Origin: Gemmatimonadota bacterium | GTDB taxonomy: Bacteria; Gemmatimonadota; Gemmatimonadetes; Gemmatimonadales; GWC2-71-9 | Direction of reading: 5' to 3' | Length of the DNA: 64,000 bases | NCBI GenBank assembly: GCA_003221005.1 | Contig: QHTZ01000081.1 | Span: 48,866 to 112,865 of the forward strand | Shown here: positions 16,772 to 27,630 of the stretch, piece after piece | How positions within the stretch are numbered: position 1 is the first letter of the stretch | Layout: each line of letters begins with the position of its first letter | Translations under genes and position numbers: made by a program | The notes under the pieces: model-generated | Told to the model about the DNA's origin: nothing | The model's input: the letters and a program-made list of their open reading frames with translations, nothing else | The model's database searches: none

Positions 16772-17764
16772 ATGTTAAACGTCGCCCTCACCGGCAACAT
16801 CGCCGCGGGGAAGTCGACCGTCGTAGGGTTTTTCCGGCGGTGGGGCGCCACGATCGTGGACGCCGATGAGCTGGCGCGGGAGGCCGAGGCGCCGGGGAGC
16901 GAGGTCCTCGCCGCGATCGCGCGGCGCTTCGGCGCCGACGTGCTGGCCGCCGACGGCTCGCTCGACCGCGCGGCGCTGCGCTCCAAGGTGATGGCCGACG
17001 ATGCGGCGCTCGCCGACTTGAATACGCTGGTTCACCCCACCGTGCAGCGCCGCCGCGCCGACCTGGTGCGGGAAGCGGAGCAGCGCGGCGACGTGCTGGT
17101 GGTGAACGACATTCCGCTGCTGTTCGAGGTGCTCGACCCCGCCCGGTTCGACGTCGTGGTGCTCGTGGACGCGCCGCCCCCGCTGCGGCTCACGCGCCTG
17201 CGGGCGATGCGCGGCCTCTCGAACGAGGACGCCGACCGGATGATCGCGGCGCAGATGCCGGCGGAGCGCAAGCGCGCGCGCAGCCAGTACGTGATCGAGA
17301 ACGCCGGATCGCTGCCCGAGCTCGAAGCCCAGGCGCGCACCGTGTTCCGGGAGCTGCGCCGCCGCGCCGCCACGCACGCCCTCGGCCGGCCCGCCGAAAT
17401 CCTGGTGCTGGCTGCGGCCGACGCCAAGGACGACTCTCCCGCGCTTACCGCCACCGCCGCCCGCTACACCGAGGCCGGCGTGCGCGTGCAGCGCGCGGCC
17501 GGGAAGGCGGCCCTCGCGGCGGCCGCGAAACTCAAGCCCCAGGCGACGCTGGCGACGGCGCGGGCGGCCGCCCCGGCGCGCGAGGCGTGGGAAGGCGCGG
17601 GCCGCCCGGGGGCGCTCCTCTATTTCAGCGACGACCCCGACCCCGTCGCCGTGCGCCTCGACCTGCGTCCCTGGGGCGGCGACCGGCTGGCGCTCGTCGA
17701 GGAGGGAGCGGCCGGGTTGCCGCCCCGCGCCGATCTGTTCCCGTCGGGCAAACCGTTGGCTTGA
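16772..17764 (+). CDS. coaE: Dephospho-CoA kinase with ~130-aa C-terminal extension
   Basis: LTGNIAAGKSTV, DAD, LDRAAL, VHP, DIPLLFE, AQMP, VIEN. Confidence 0.95.
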   Translation: MLNVALTGNIAAGKSTVVGFFRRWGATIVDADELAREAEAPGSEVLAAIARRFGADVLAADGSLDRAALRSKVMADDAALADLNTLVHPTVQRRRADLVREAEQRGDVLVVNDIPLLFEVLDPARFDVVVLVDAPPPLRLTRLRAMRGLSNEDADRMIAAQMPAERKRARSQYVIENAGSLPELEAQARTVFRELRRRAATHALGRPAEILVLAAADAKDDSPALTATAARYTEAGVRVQRAAGKAALAAAAKLKPQATLATARAAAPAREAWEGAGRPGALLYFSDDPDPVAVRLDLRPWGGDRLALVEEGAAGLPPRADLFPSGKPLA

Positions 17765-17789
17765 CACGCGTTTCCAGCGCCGGTAACCT
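17761..17789 (+). promoter_or_regulatory. Sigma70 promoter for gcvH-gcvP
   Basis: TTGACA-17 nt-TAACCT. Confidence 0.65.
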
Positions 17790-17826
17790 TCGCCCCGCAC
17801 CGCCAACCGAGCGCCCGCGATTCCCC

Positions 17827-18216
17827 ATGTCGAAGATTCCCGACGACCTGCGCTACACCAAGGAGCACGAATACGTGAAGCAGACGAACGACTCCGCTGT
17901 CGTGCAGGTCGGCATCACCGACTACGCGCAGGGTGAGCTGGGCGACGTGGTGTTCGTGGAGCTTCCCAAGGCCGGCAGCTCGTTCGGCCGGGGGGACGTG
18001 TTCGGAACAATCGAGGCCGTGAAGGCCGTTTCGGAGCTCTATAGCCCCGTCACCGGCACCGTGACCGAGGTGAACACCGGGCTCGAAGGTGATCCCGCAC
18101 TCGTGAACCGCGACCCGTACGGCGGCGGCTGGATGATCAAGCTGCGCGTCAAGAATCCGGCGGACTTCGACGGCCTGCTGGGGAGCGCGGCGTACAAGAA
18201 GCACGTCGGGGAGTGA
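17827..18216 (+). CDS. gcvH: Glycine cleavage system H protein
   Basis: [15 protein letters not shown], lipoyl site [17 protein letters not shown]. Confidence 0.97.
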   Translation: MSKIPDDLRYTKEHEYVKQTNDSAVVQVGITDYAQGELGDVVFVELPKAGSSFGRGDVFGTIEAVKAVSELYSPVTGTVTEVNTGLEGDPALVNRDPYGGGWMIKLRVKNPADFDGLLGSAAYKKHVGE

Positions 18217-18239
18217 AGCCTCCAGCCAAGACTACCCGC

Positions 18240-21131
18240 ATGCCGAAAGCACCTGTGCCCCTGCCCCCCGTTGACCGGTTCGCCGCGCGGCACATCGGCC
18301 CGCGCCCGGACGACATCAACGAGATGGCGGAGGCGCTGGGCTACGACTCGCTCGACGAGCTGATCGACGCGGTCGTGCCGGAGGACATCCGGCTGCGGCG
18401 CCCTCTGGCCCTCCCCCCCGGCCGTAGCGAGCGCGAGGTGCTGGAAGAGCTGCGCGCGATCGCCGGAGCCAACCAGGTGTTCCGATCCTTCATCGGCATG
18501 GGTTACTCGCGCTGCTTCACACCGCCCGTGATCCAGCGCAACGTGCTCGAGGACCCTGGCTGGTATACGGCGTACACGCCCTACCAGGCCGAGATCGCGC
18601 AGGGGCGGCTGGAAGCGCTGCTCAACTTCCAGACCGTGATCTCCAATCTGACAGGCCTCGAGATCGCCAACGCGTCGCTGCTCGACGAAGCCACTGCCGC
18701 GGCCGAAGCGATGCACCTCACCGAAGCGGTGAGCAAGCAAACGGGGGCGCGCACGTACCTCGTGTCCGAAGGGTGCCACCCCCAGACGATCGCCGTCGTG
18801 CGCACTCGGGCCGCAGCGCGCGGCATCACGGTTGTGTTGGGCGACCCCGCGACATTCCAGTTTGGGCCGGGCGTCATCGGCGCGCTGGTGCAGTATCCTG
18901 CGACCGACGGCAAGATCGAGGACTACCGCGGCCTGTGCGAGGCGGCGCACTCCGCGGACGCACTCGTGACAGTCGCGACCGACCTGCTGGCGCTCACGCT
19001 GCTCGCGCCACCCGGGGAATGGGGCGCCGACGTTGCCGTGGGCTCGAGCCAGCGGCTCGGGGTGCCGATGGGGTACGGTGGGCCGCACGCGGCATTCTTC
19101 GCCACGCGCGACGCCTACAAGCGCCACCTCCCCGGCCGGATCATCGGCGTCTCGCGCGACCCCGCCGGGCGCCTAGCGCTCCGTATGGCGCTGCAGACGC
19201 GCGAGCAGCACATCCGGCGCGAGAAGGCGACGAGCAACGTCTGCACGGCGCAGGTGCTGCTCGCCGTGATCGCAAGCATGTACGCGGTCTATCATGGCCC
19301 CGAGGGCCTGCGGCGCATCGCGGAGCGGGTGCATACACTCACCGGGCTGCTCGCCGCGGCACTGCGCCGGTTGGGCTACCGCATCGTCCACGGTGCTTTC
19401 TTCGATACGCTGTGCGTCGAGGTAGAGCCGTGGGCGCTGCAGCGGCTGCTCGACGCGGCGCGGGCGCGCGGCATCAACCTGCGGACGATCTCGCCCACCC
19501 GCATCGGGATCGCGCTCGACGAGCCCACCACGCTCGGCGACATCGCCGACCTCGTGACCGTCTTCGCTGTGAACGAGGTGCTCCCCTTCATGGTGGAGGA
19601 CCTAGGCGCGAAGGCCGACAGCGCGATCCCCGCGCCGCTGCGCCGCACGTCGCCCTACCTCACGCACCCGGTGTTCCACAAATACCGCTCCGAGACGGAG
19701 ATGCTGCGGTACATCAAGCAGCTCGAGTCCCGCGACCTGTCGCTCACCGCGGCGATGATCCCACTCGGCTCATGCACGCTGAAGCTCAACGCCAGCTTCG
19801 AGATGCTGCCGCTGTCCTGGCTCGAGTTGAGCCGCCTGCACCCGTTCGCGCCGCTCGAGCAGTCGCGCGGCTATCAGACGCTATTCCGGCAGCTCGAGGA
19901 ACAGCTTGCCGAGATCACAGGGCTGCCCCACGTCTCGCTGCAACCCAACTCCGGCGCCCAGGGGGAGTTCGCCGGGCTGCTCGTGATCCGCGCGTACCAC
20001 GAGGCGCGGGCCGAGGGACATCGCACCACCTGTCTGATCCCCACCTCGGCGCACGGGACCAACCCCGCGAGCGCCGTCATGGCGGGGCTGCAGGTTGTCC
20101 CGGTGCAGACCGACGCGCGCGGCAACATCGACGTCGCCGACCTGCGCACCAAGGCCGCCGCGCACCGCGACTCCCTCGCCGCCGTGATGGTCACGTATCC
20201 GTCCACCCACGGCGTGTTCGAGTCCTCGATCCGCGACATCTGCGCGATCGTGCACGAGCACGGCGGGCAGGTGTACCTGGACGGCGCCAACATGAACGCC
20301 CAGGTGGGGCTGTGCCGCCCCGGCGACTTCGGCGCTGACGTCTGCCACCTCAACCTGCACAAGACGTTTTGCATCCCGCACGGCGGCGGCGGCCCCGGTA
20401 TGGGCCCGATCTGCGTCGCCCCGCATCTCGCGCCGTTTCTGCCCGACCACCCCGTCGTGCCGCTGGGCCGGGCGCAGTCGTGCGGCACGGTGTCGGCGGC
20501 GCCGTGGGGCAGCCCCTGGATCCTGCCGATCTCCTGGGCCTACTGCGCTGCGATGGGCCGCGACGGGCTGACGGAGGCGACCAAGGTCGCCATCCTCAAC
20601 GCCAACTACGTCGCGAAACGCCTCGCGGGGCATTACGAGCTGCTCTACTCCGGCCGCAACGGCCTCGTCGCCCACGAGTGCATTATCGACACGCGGCCGT
20701 TCAAGCAGTCGGCGGGCGTGGACGTCGAGGACATCGCTAAGCGCATCATCGATTACGGCTTCCACCCGCCCACCGTCTCGTTCCCGGTGGCGGGCACGCT
20801 GATGATCGAGCCGAGCGAGAGCGAATCGAAGGAGGAGCTAGACCGGTTTTGCGACGCGCTGATCGCGATCCGCGAGGAGATCCGTGAGATCGAAGAGGGA
20901 CGGAGCTCGCGCGACAACAATCTCCTCAGCAACGCACCCCACACGCTGGAGGACGTGATCAGCGACCGCTGGGACCGGCCCTACTCGCGGGAGCGCGCGG
21001 CGTTCCCGTCACCGTCGACGCGGCGCCACAAGGTATGGCCGTCCGTCGGCCGGGTAGATGGAGCGTACGGGGACCGTAACCTGGTGTGCGTGTGTCCGCC
21101 GGTCGAGGCGTACGCGGAGGCTGTGAAATGA
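18240..21131 (+). CDS. gcvP: Glycine dehydrogenase (decarboxylating), single chain
   Basis: [58 protein letters not shown]. Start ATG 18240 or GTG 18213. Confidence 0.97.
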   Translation: MPKAPVPLPPVDRFAARHIGPRPDDINEMAEALGYDSLDELIDAVVPEDIRLRRPLALPPGRSEREVLEELRAIAGANQVFRSFIGMGYSRCFTPPVIQRNVLEDPGWYTAYTPYQAEIAQGRLEALLNFQTVISNLTGLEIANASLLDEATAAAEAMHLTEAVSKQTGARTYLVSEGCHPQTIAVVRTRAAARGITVVLGDPATFQFGPGVIGALVQYPATDGKIEDYRGLCEAAHSADALVTVATDLLALTLLAPPGEWGADVAVGSSQRLGVPMGYGGPHAAFFATRDAYKRHLPGRIIGVSRDPAGRLALRMALQTREQHIRREKATSNVCTAQVLLAVIASMYAVYHGPEGLRRIAERVHTLTGLLAAALRRLGYRIVHGAFFDTLCVEVEPWALQRLLDAARARGINLRTISPTRIGIALDEPTTLGDIADLVTVFAVNEVLPFMVEDLGAKADSAIPAPLRRTSPYLTHPVFHKYRSETEMLRYIKQLESRDLSLTAAMIPLGSCTLKLNASFEMLPLSWLELSRLHPFAPLEQSRGYQTLFRQLEEQLAEITGLPHVSLQPNSGAQGEFAGLLVIRAYHEARAEGHRTTCLIPTSAHGTNPASAVMAGLQVVPVQTDARGNIDVADLRTKAAAHRDSLAAVMVTYPSTHGVFESSIRDICAIVHEHGGQVYLDGANMNAQVGLCRPGDFGADVCHLNLHKTFCIPHGGGGPGMGPICVAPHLAPFLPDHPVVPLGRAQSCGTVSAAPWGSPWILPISWAYCAAMGRDGLTEATKVAILNANYVAKRLAGHYELLYSGRNGLVAHECIIDTRPFKQSAGVDVEDIAKRIIDYGFHPPTVSFPVAGTLMIEPSESESKEELDRFCDALIAIREEIREIEEGRSSRDNNLLSNAPHTLEDVISDRWDRPYSRERAAFPSPSTRRHKVWPSVGRVDGAYGDRNLVCVCPPVEAYAEAVK

Positions 21132-21892
21132 AGCACCTCCTGGTGGACCCCGTGGGCCGCCGCGGGTGGGTCAACATGTCCTTCGACCAGGCCCTGCTCG
21201 ACGACGCCGACCGGTTGGGAACCGCCACACTCCGGCTCTACCGCTGGGATCCCCCCTGCCTCTCCCTCGGCCGCAACGAATCCACGCGCCACTACGATCG
21301 CGCCCGGATCGCACAACTCGGAATAGACGTCGTGCGGCGGCCCACCGGCGGGCGCGCGGTGTGGCACGAGCACGAAGTCACCTACGCCGTCGCCGCGCCC
21401 GTGGATAGGTTCGGCTCCCTGCGTGCCGCCTACTGCACCATCCATCAGAGGCTCGCGGCGGCGCTGCGATCCCTCGGCGCCGATGCCACCCTCGCACCCA
21501 CCCGCCCAACCGCCAAACCGCCTAACCGGCTCTCCGCCTGCTTCTCACACCCAGTCGGCGGCGAGGTGCTGATCGCCGGGTGCAAAGTCGTCGGCTCCGC
21601 CCAGCTGCGGCAGGGCGATGCCTTTCTGCAACACGGCTCGATTCTGCTGGGAGGGGCGCAGGAGACGATTGAAGCTGTCATCCGTCAGCCGTCAGCTATC
21701 AGACATCAGACTTCAGACGTCAGAACCGCGACGACGCTCTCGGCTGCGCTCGGTCGATCGGTAACGTTTGAGGAGGTTGCCAACGCCATCATGAGCACGT
21801 GGGGCGACGGCTTCAGCTCTACCGCCCCCTACCGCCCCTTACCGTCCCTTACCGCCCTTTTCTCAGACCCTTCCTGGACCTGGCGTCGCTAG
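21128..21892 (+). CDS. Lipoate-protein ligase / octanoyltransferase (LipM/LplA-like)
   Basis: [40 protein letters not shown]. Confidence 0.9.
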   Translation: MKHLLVDPVGRRGWVNMSFDQALLDDADRLGTATLRLYRWDPPCLSLGRNESTRHYDRARIAQLGIDVVRRPTGGRAVWHEHEVTYAVAAPVDRFGSLRAAYCTIHQRLAAALRSLGADATLAPTRPTAKPPNRLSACFSHPVGGEVLIAGCKVVGSAQLRQGDAFLQHGSILLGGAQETIEAVIRQPSAIRHQTSDVRTATTLSAALGRSVTFEEVANAIMSTWGDGFSSTAPYRPLPSLTALFSDPSWTWRR

Positions 21893-21906
21893 ACCTGGCG
21901 CCGCTA
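21502..21906. repeat. Three micro-arrays plus a 15-bp duplication in the lipoate ligase gene
   Basis: Octamers CCGCCNAA 21502-21541; heptamers TCAGNNN x7 21678-21726; decamers ACCGCCCCTT-like x4 21821-21860; GACCTGGCG(T/C)CGCTA x2 21877-21906. Confidence 0.85.
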
Positions 21907-21919
21907 GCAGGGGCGCACA

Positions 21920-23602
21920 ATGTTAGGCGCCATGCCGATCGCCCCCTTTAGCCCCCGTACGACCGCGCTCACCAGCCTGCTCTGCCTCGCGCTCCTCGGC
22001 TGTGAGCGCCGCGGCGGCTGCACCGGCGAGTACTGCGGCACGCTCGTGTTCGCCTCCGTGGGCGAGCCGGACGGCTTGCTGCCCCCCGTGCTTCAGTCCA
22101 CCGTGGGCCGCGACGTGAGCGACCAGATCTTCCTGAAGCTCGCCGACATCGGGCTCTCCACCAACACGATGGGGGACGAGGACTTCACGCCGCTCCTGGC
22201 AGAGCGCTGGGAGTGGGACGGCCCGCTGACGCTCGTGTTCCACCTGGATCCGAGGGCGCGCTGGCAGGACGGGCGGCGCGTCACCGCTGCCGACGTGGTG
22301 TTCACCTACGACGCGTACAACGACGAGCGGGTCAACTCTCCCTACCGCACGGGTCTGCACTGGATCAGCGCGGTGACGTCGCGCGACTCGCTCACCGCCG
22401 TCGTGCGGTTCCGACGGCGCTATCCCGAGATGTTCTACGACGCCGTGTTTCACATGCGGATCCTGCCGGGGCACCTGCTGCGCAACATCCCGCGCGACCA
22501 ATGGCGCAGCACGGCGTTCGCGCGGGCGCCGGTAGGCGACGGCCCCTATCGCTTCGTGGCTTGGAAGGCGGGCGAGAATCTGGAGCTCGCGGCGGACTCG
22601 ACGTTCTTTCTGGGTCGGCCGCACATTCGGCGGCTGATCTGGCGCTTCACCCCCGACCTCCAGGTGGCGGTGACGCAGCTCGTCGCCGGCGAGGCCGATG
22701 CCCTCGAGGTGCTGCTCTCACCTGACAACATCGAGCGCGTGCAGGCGACGCCGCACCTCGCGACTTACCCCTACCGCGGCAACGCCTACGGCTATCTCGG
22801 GTTCAATCTCGTGGCCCCGGGCGATTCCACCCACCCGCATCCGCTGTTCGGGGACCGGGAGCTGCGCCGCGCCCTGGCGATGGCGATCGACCGCGAGCGG
22901 CTCGCCAAGAGCGTCTTCGGCGGGCACGCCAAGGTGCCCCCGGGGCCGATGTCGCAGCTGTGGTGGATCTGGGATCCGGAGACGCGGGAGCTGCCCTACG
23001 ACACGACACACGCGGCACGGCTGCTCACCCAGCGTGGGTGGATCGACTCGGACGGCGACGGCGTGCGCGACCGCAACGGCGTGAAGCTCTCGTTTCGCCT
23101 CGTCGTGCCCACGACCAGTGCCGTGCGCCGCCAGTACGCGCGCCTGCTCCAGGAGCAGCTGCGCCGCGTCGGCGTCGAGGTGCTGATCGACGAAGTGGAT
23201 TTCAGCGTCCTGCTGCAGCGCGTGCAGACGGGGCAGTTCGACGCGATGATCCAGACCTGGAACACCGACCCGACGCCGTCGTCCGGGATCGGGCAGACGT
23301 GGACCCAGGGCGGAGTCGGCCGGTCCAACTACCTGCGCTACATCAATCCCGCGTTCGACCAGCTGGTGGAGCAGGCCACCGCGAGCTTCGACCGCGCCCA
23401 GGCGCGCCGGACGTGGCGCCGGGCGATGGAGCTCCTCAACCAAGACGCGCCCGCCGTGTTCCTGTTCGCCCCCGAGAACGTCGCCGCGATTCACCGCCGC
23501 ATCGCCGACGTCGCGATCCGCCCCGACTCGTGGTGGGCGCTGGTGCGCACCTGGCGCATCCCGCCGGACCGGATGATCGATCGAGACCGCGTGGAGCGCT
23601 AG
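21920..23602 (+). CDS. Peptide ABC transporter substrate-binding lipoprotein (family 5)
   Basis: Lipobox ALLGC; PLLAERW, WQDG..VTAADVVFTY, PVGDGPYRF. Confidence 0.92.
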   Translation: MLGAMPIAPFSPRTTALTSLLCLALLGCERRGGCTGEYCGTLVFASVGEPDGLLPPVLQSTVGRDVSDQIFLKLADIGLSTNTMGDEDFTPLLAERWEWDGPLTLVFHLDPRARWQDGRRVTAADVVFTYDAYNDERVNSPYRTGLHWISAVTSRDSLTAVVRFRRRYPEMFYDAVFHMRILPGHLLRNIPRDQWRSTAFARAPVGDGPYRFVAWKAGENLELAADSTFFLGRPHIRRLIWRFTPDLQVAVTQLVAGEADALEVLLSPDNIERVQATPHLATYPYRGNAYGYLGFNLVAPGDSTHPHPLFGDRELRRALAMAIDRERLAKSVFGGHAKVPPGPMSQLWWIWDPETRELPYDTTHAARLLTQRGWIDSDGDGVRDRNGVKLSFRLVVPTTSAVRRQYARLLQEQLRRVGVEVLIDEVDFSVLLQRVQTGQFDAMIQTWNTDPTPSSGIGQTWTQGGVGRSNYLRYINPAFDQLVEQATASFDRAQARRTWRRAMELLNQDAPAVFLFAPENVAAIHRRIADVAIRPDSWWALVRTWRIPPDRMIDRDRVER

Positions 23603-24577
23603 ATGGCCACGTGGCTGGTGCGGCGCGTCGCCGCCTCGCTCGCCATCGTCTTCGCCGTCGTCACCTTCACGTTCCTGCTGCTGCACCTCGCGCCGGGCGA
23701 GCCGTTCCTCCCGAGCGGCGACACGCCGATCGACCCCGCGGTCGTGGCCCGCCTGCGACACCAGTTCGGGCTCGACCAGTCGCTGCCGCTGCAGTACGCG
23801 AAATACCTCGGCGCGCTCGCCCACGGCCAGCTGGGCGAGTCCTTCGCCCTGCACCGCCCCGTGGCCGACGCGCTCGGGGACGCGATCCCCAACACCCTCG
23901 TGCTCGTCGGCACCGCGCTGGTCCTCGAGTTGCTGCTGGGCCTCGCGTTCGGCGTATACCAGGCAGCGCGCGCGCGCCGCCTCCCGGACGTCGCCCTCGG
24001 GTACGCGACGCTGTTTCTCAACTCGGTGCCGACTTTCTGGCTGGGATTGCTGCTGCTGCTCGTGTTCGGAGAGGCGCTGCGCTGGTTCCCCGTGGGGGGC
24101 GTGGTCGATCCGGTGGTCCACGCCTCGCTCCCCTGGGCCGGCCGAACAGCCGACCGGCTGTGGCACCTCGCCCTGCCGGCGCTGACCCTCGGCTGCGTGG
24201 GCGCCGCGGGCACGGCGCGCTACGAGCGCGCCGCCATGCTCGAGGTCATCAACCAGGATTACGTGCGCACCGCCCGTGCCAAGGGCCTCCCCGAGCGCCG
24301 CGTGGTGCTGGTCCACGCACTGCGCAACGCGTTGCTCCCGCTCGTCACGCTGTTCGGGCTCTCATTCCCGTTTCTCCTGACGGGTGCAGTGCTGGTCGAG
24401 TGGGTGTTCGCCTGGCCGGGGATGGGCAAGCTCACGGCCGAGGCCATCTTCCGGCGCGACTATCCAGTGGTGCTCGCCGCCGCAACCAGCGCGAGCACGA
24501 TGGTCGTGCTCGGCAGTCTGCTGGCCGACGTGCTGTACGCCATCGCCGATCCGCGCATCCGGGTGCACGGCGAGTGA
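23603..24577 (+). CDS. Peptide ABC transporter permease (OppB/DppB)
   Basis: HLAPG, GLDQSL..QY, DYVRTARAKGL, HALRNA, FAWPGMG. Confidence 0.95.
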   Translation: MATWLVRRVAASLAIVFAVVTFTFLLLHLAPGEPFLPSGDTPIDPAVVARLRHQFGLDQSLPLQYAKYLGALAHGQLGESFALHRPVADALGDAIPNTLVLVGTALVLELLLGLAFGVYQAARARRLPDVALGYATLFLNSVPTFWLGLLLLLVFGEALRWFPVGGVVDPVVHASLPWAGRTADRLWHLALPALTLGCVGAAGTARYERAAMLEVINQDYVRTARAKGLPERRVVLVHALRNALLPLVTLFGLSFPFLLTGAVLVEWVFAWPGMGKLTAEAIFRRDYPVVLAAATSASTMVVLGSLLADVLYAIADPRIRVHGE

Positions 24578-25524
24578 ACCTGCGCGCGACGCTCGCGCTG
24601 CTGGGCGCGCTGGCGCTCGCCCTCTTCGTGGTAGGCGAAGCGCGCCGCCACGCCGCCGCAACGCCCGCGCGGCGGCGCTTCTTCCGGCACCGGCCCGCCG
24701 CGTGGGGCCTCTTCGTGCTCAGCTTCTTCGTCACCCTGGCCATCGCCGCGCCCTGGGTCGCGCCGTACGGCCCGTCGGTCACGCTCGAGATCGTGACGCT
24801 CAAGAACCAGCCCCCCTCGCTGCTCCATCCCCTCGGCACCGACCTCTATAGCCGCGACGTGTGGAGCCGTCTGGTGTACGGCTCGCGCGTGTCGCTCTCG
24901 ATCGGTGCCCTCGCGATGCTGGTCGCCGTCACCGTCGGCGCGGTCGTCGGCGCAGTGGCGGGGTACGTGCGCCGCTGGGTGGACACGGCGCTGATGCGTC
25001 TCGTGGACGTAGGACTCGCCGTCCCCCGCATCTTTCTCATGCTCATGGCGATCGCCCTGTGGCAGCGCCTACCGCTCGCGCTGTTCGTGCTCTTGATCGG
25101 GCTCACCGGCTGGTTCGGGACGAGCCGCCTGGTGCGCGCCGAAGTCCTCACGCTGCGCGAGCGCGACTTCGTGGCCGCCGCCCGCGGGCTGGGCGCCGGA
25201 CCCGCCCGCATCATCCTGCGCCACGTGCTGCCCAACGTCGCCGCCCCGATCATCGTCTCCGCGGCGCTCGGCATCGGCAACGTGATGCTGCTCGAGGCCG
25301 GGTTGTCGTTCCTCGGCATCGGCGTGCCGCCGCCCTTGCCCTCCTGGGGCAACATGATCGCCGACGGCGCCGCGCAGCTCGCGACCGCGCCGTGGACCAC
25401 GCTCTTCCCCGGCCTCGCCATCGCGCTGGTCGTGATGGCGCTCAACGCCGTGGGCGACGCGCTGCGTGACGCCCTCGACCCGCGGCGGGAAGCGGAGTGG
25501 GATACCGACGGGGCGACGCTGTGA
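24574..25524 (+). CDS. Peptide ABC transporter permease (OppC/DppC)
   Basis: HPLGTDLYSRD, RVSL, FVAAARGLGA, HVLPN, LSFLGIG. GTG overlaps the oppB stop. Confidence 0.95.
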   Translation: MNLRATLALLGALALALFVVGEARRHAAATPARRRFFRHRPAAWGLFVLSFFVTLAIAAPWVAPYGPSVTLEIVTLKNQPPSLLHPLGTDLYSRDVWSRLVYGSRVSLSIGALAMLVAVTVGAVVGAVAGYVRRWVDTALMRLVDVGLAVPRIFLMLMAIALWQRLPLALFVLLIGLTGWFGTSRLVRAEVLTLRERDFVAAARGLGAGPARIILRHVLPNVAAPIIVSAALGIGNVMLLEAGLSFLGIGVPPPLPSWGNMIADGAAQLATAPWTTLFPGLAIALVVMALNAVGDALRDALDPRREAEWDTDGATL

Positions 25525-26543
25525 CGGAGCTGCTGCTGCGGGTGCGCGACCTCCGGACCTACTTCGTCACCGAGCAGGGGCGCGGGACGGCGCGCGCCGT
25601 GGACGGGGTGTCGTTCGATCTGCATGCGGGCGAGACGCTGGGCATCGTGGGGGAGTCGGGGTGCGGCAAGACGGTCACGTCGCTGTCCCTGCTCCGCCTC
25701 ATCCCCGAGCCGCCGGGTCACATCCTGCCCGGGAGCTTCATCGAGCTCGAGGGCCGCAACCTGCTCACGCTCGCGCCCAAGGCGCTGCGCGCGATCCGCG
25801 GCAACGAGATGGCGATGATCTTCCAGGAGCCGATGACATCGCTCAACCCGGTGTTCACGGTCGGCGACCAGATTGCCGAGGCGGCGATTGTGCACCAGGG
25901 ACTGTCGCGCCGCGCGGCGCGCGCCCGCGCGATTGAGATGCTCAAGCTCGTCGGCCTCCCCGACCCCGAGACCCGCGTGGACCACTACCCGCACCAGCTC
26001 TCAGGCGGGATGCGCCAGCGGGTGATGATCGCCATGGCCCTCGTGTGCGGGCCCAAGGTGCTCATCGCGGACGAGCCCACGACGGCGCTCGACGTGACGA
26101 TCCAGGCGCAGATCCTCGAGCTCCTGAACCGGCTCCAGGACGAGCTCGGCATGGCAGTCATCCTCATCACGCACGACCTGGGGATCGTGGCGGGGACGGT
26201 GGACCGGGTGCTCGTGATGTACGCGGGTCAGGTGGTGGAATCGGCGCCGACTCCGGAGCTGTTCGCGCGGCCGCTGCATCCCTACACCGAGGGGCTGCTC
26301 GCCTCGGTGCCGCGGCTCGACACCCCGCACCCGCGACGGCGACTGCACAGCATCCCCGGTCAGGTCCCCGCGGCGACGGCGTGGCCTGCGGGGTGCCGGT
26401 TCCATCCGCGCTGTCCCTACGCGTGGGACCGCTGCACCGTGGAGGAGCCGCCGCTGCTGGACGCGGGCAAAGGGGAGCCCGCGAGCCACGTAGTGCGCTG
26501 CTGGCTGCTCGCCGAGCCCGCGCGCAGGACGCGCCAGCCGTGA
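25521..26543 (+). CDS. Peptide ABC transporter ATP-binding protein (OppD/DppD)
   Basis: [40 protein letters not shown]. Confidence 0.95.
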   Translation: MTELLLRVRDLRTYFVTEQGRGTARAVDGVSFDLHAGETLGIVGESGCGKTVTSLSLLRLIPEPPGHILPGSFIELEGRNLLTLAPKALRAIRGNEMAMIFQEPMTSLNPVFTVGDQIAEAAIVHQGLSRRAARARAIEMLKLVGLPDPETRVDHYPHQLSGGMRQRVMIAMALVCGPKVLIADEPTTALDVTIQAQILELLNRLQDELGMAVILITHDLGIVAGTVDRVLVMYAGQVVESAPTPELFARPLHPYTEGLLASVPRLDTPHPRRRLHSIPGQVPAATAWPAGCRFHPRCPYAWDRCTVEEPPLLDAGKGEPASHVVRCWLLAEPARRTRQP

Positions 26544-27538
26544 TAGCGCTCGCTCCGCTCGTCTCGGTCCAAGATCTCGTTAAGCACTTCCCCGCGGGCC
26601 GCGCATTGTGGGGGCTGGGCCGGCCGCGCCCCGCGGTGCGGGCCGTGAGCCACGTTTCGTTCGACATCGCGCCCGGGCAGACGCTCGGCCTCGTGGGTGA
26701 ATCGGGGTGCGGCAAGACCACGCTCGGCCGTACGATCCTGCGGCTGATCGAGCCCGACGCCGGCCGGGTTATCGTGGACGGCGCGGACGTGTTCGCGCTC
26801 AAGCCGCCCGAGCTGCGCGCGTTGCGCCGGCGCATGCAGGTCGTGTTCCAGGATCCCTATGGCTCGCTCAACCCGCGCATGAGCGTGCGCCAGACGCTCG
26901 CCGAGCCGCTCGTGATCCACCGGTTGGCGAACGGGACCGAGCGCGAGCAGCGCATCTTCGCGCTGCTTGACGAGGTCGGGCTCGACCGGCGGCTCGCGGG
27001 GAGCTATCCGCACGAGCTCTCCGGCGGGCAGCGCCAGCGGGTCGGCATCGCGCGCGCGCTGTCGGTGGAGCCCAAGTTCCTCGTGCTCGACGAGGCCGTG
27101 AGCGCGCTCGACGTGTCGGTCCAGGCGCAGGTGTTGAACCTGCTCGCGGACCTGCAGCAACGGCGCCGGCTCACCTATCTCTTCATCGCCCACGACCTCG
27201 CCGTGGTGCGCCAGATCGCCGACCACGTCACCGTGATGTACCTCGGGAAGATCGTCGAGCTCGCGCCCGCGGCCGAGCTGTACCGCGGCCCGCGCCATCC
27301 CTACACGACTTCCCTCCTGTCAGCCGTGCCCGTCCCCGACCCGAATGCCCAGCGCCAGCGCCTCGTGCTCGCGGGCGACGTGCCGTCGCCCGCGCATCCG
27401 CCGAGCGGGTGCGCGTTCCATCCCCGCTGCCCGCATCCCAAGAAGAACGAGCGGTGCCGCACCGAGGAGCCGGCGTTGCGCGAGATCGCCCCCGGGCAGC
27501 TCGCGGCCTGCCACTTCGCCGAGGAGCCGATGCAATGA
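26540..27538 (+). CDS. Peptide ABC transporter ATP-binding protein (OppF/DppF)
   Basis: [39 protein letters not shown]. Confidence 0.95.
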   Translation: MIALAPLVSVQDLVKHFPAGRALWGLGRPRPAVRAVSHVSFDIAPGQTLGLVGESGCGKTTLGRTILRLIEPDAGRVIVDGADVFALKPPELRALRRRMQVVFQDPYGSLNPRMSVRQTLAEPLVIHRLANGTEREQRIFALLDEVGLDRRLAGSYPHELSGGQRQRVGIARALSVEPKFLVLDEAVSALDVSVQAQVLNLLADLQQRRRLTYLFIAHDLAVVRQIADHVTVMYLGKIVELAPAAELYRGPRHPYTTSLLSAVPVPDPNAQRQRLVLAGDVPSPAHPPSGCAFHPRCPHPKKNERCRTEEPALREIAPGQLAACHFAEEPMQ

Positions 27539-27630
27539 ACAGGCTCAGTGCCCTGCTCCGCGATCTCCAGTTCTGGGTCCCCGTCGCCGTGCTCGTGGGC
27601 GGCCTCTTGGTGCTGCGATGGATCCGGTAG
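27535..27630 (+). CDS. Small single-TM protein (31 aa)
   Basis: [35 protein letters not shown] overlap with oppF; overlaps the start of the next gene. Confidence 0.6.
   Translation: MNRLSALLRDLQFWVPVAVLVGGLLVLRWIR

Noticed and set aside
17765-17826. Glycine riboswitch upstream of gcvH
   Set aside because: Only about 60 nt of spacer, occupied by a sigma70 promoter; no aptamer motif.
15517-21906. CRISPR array or iterons suggested by the repeats
   Set aside because: Units are 7-16 nt, contiguous and without unique spacers; no cas or rep genes.
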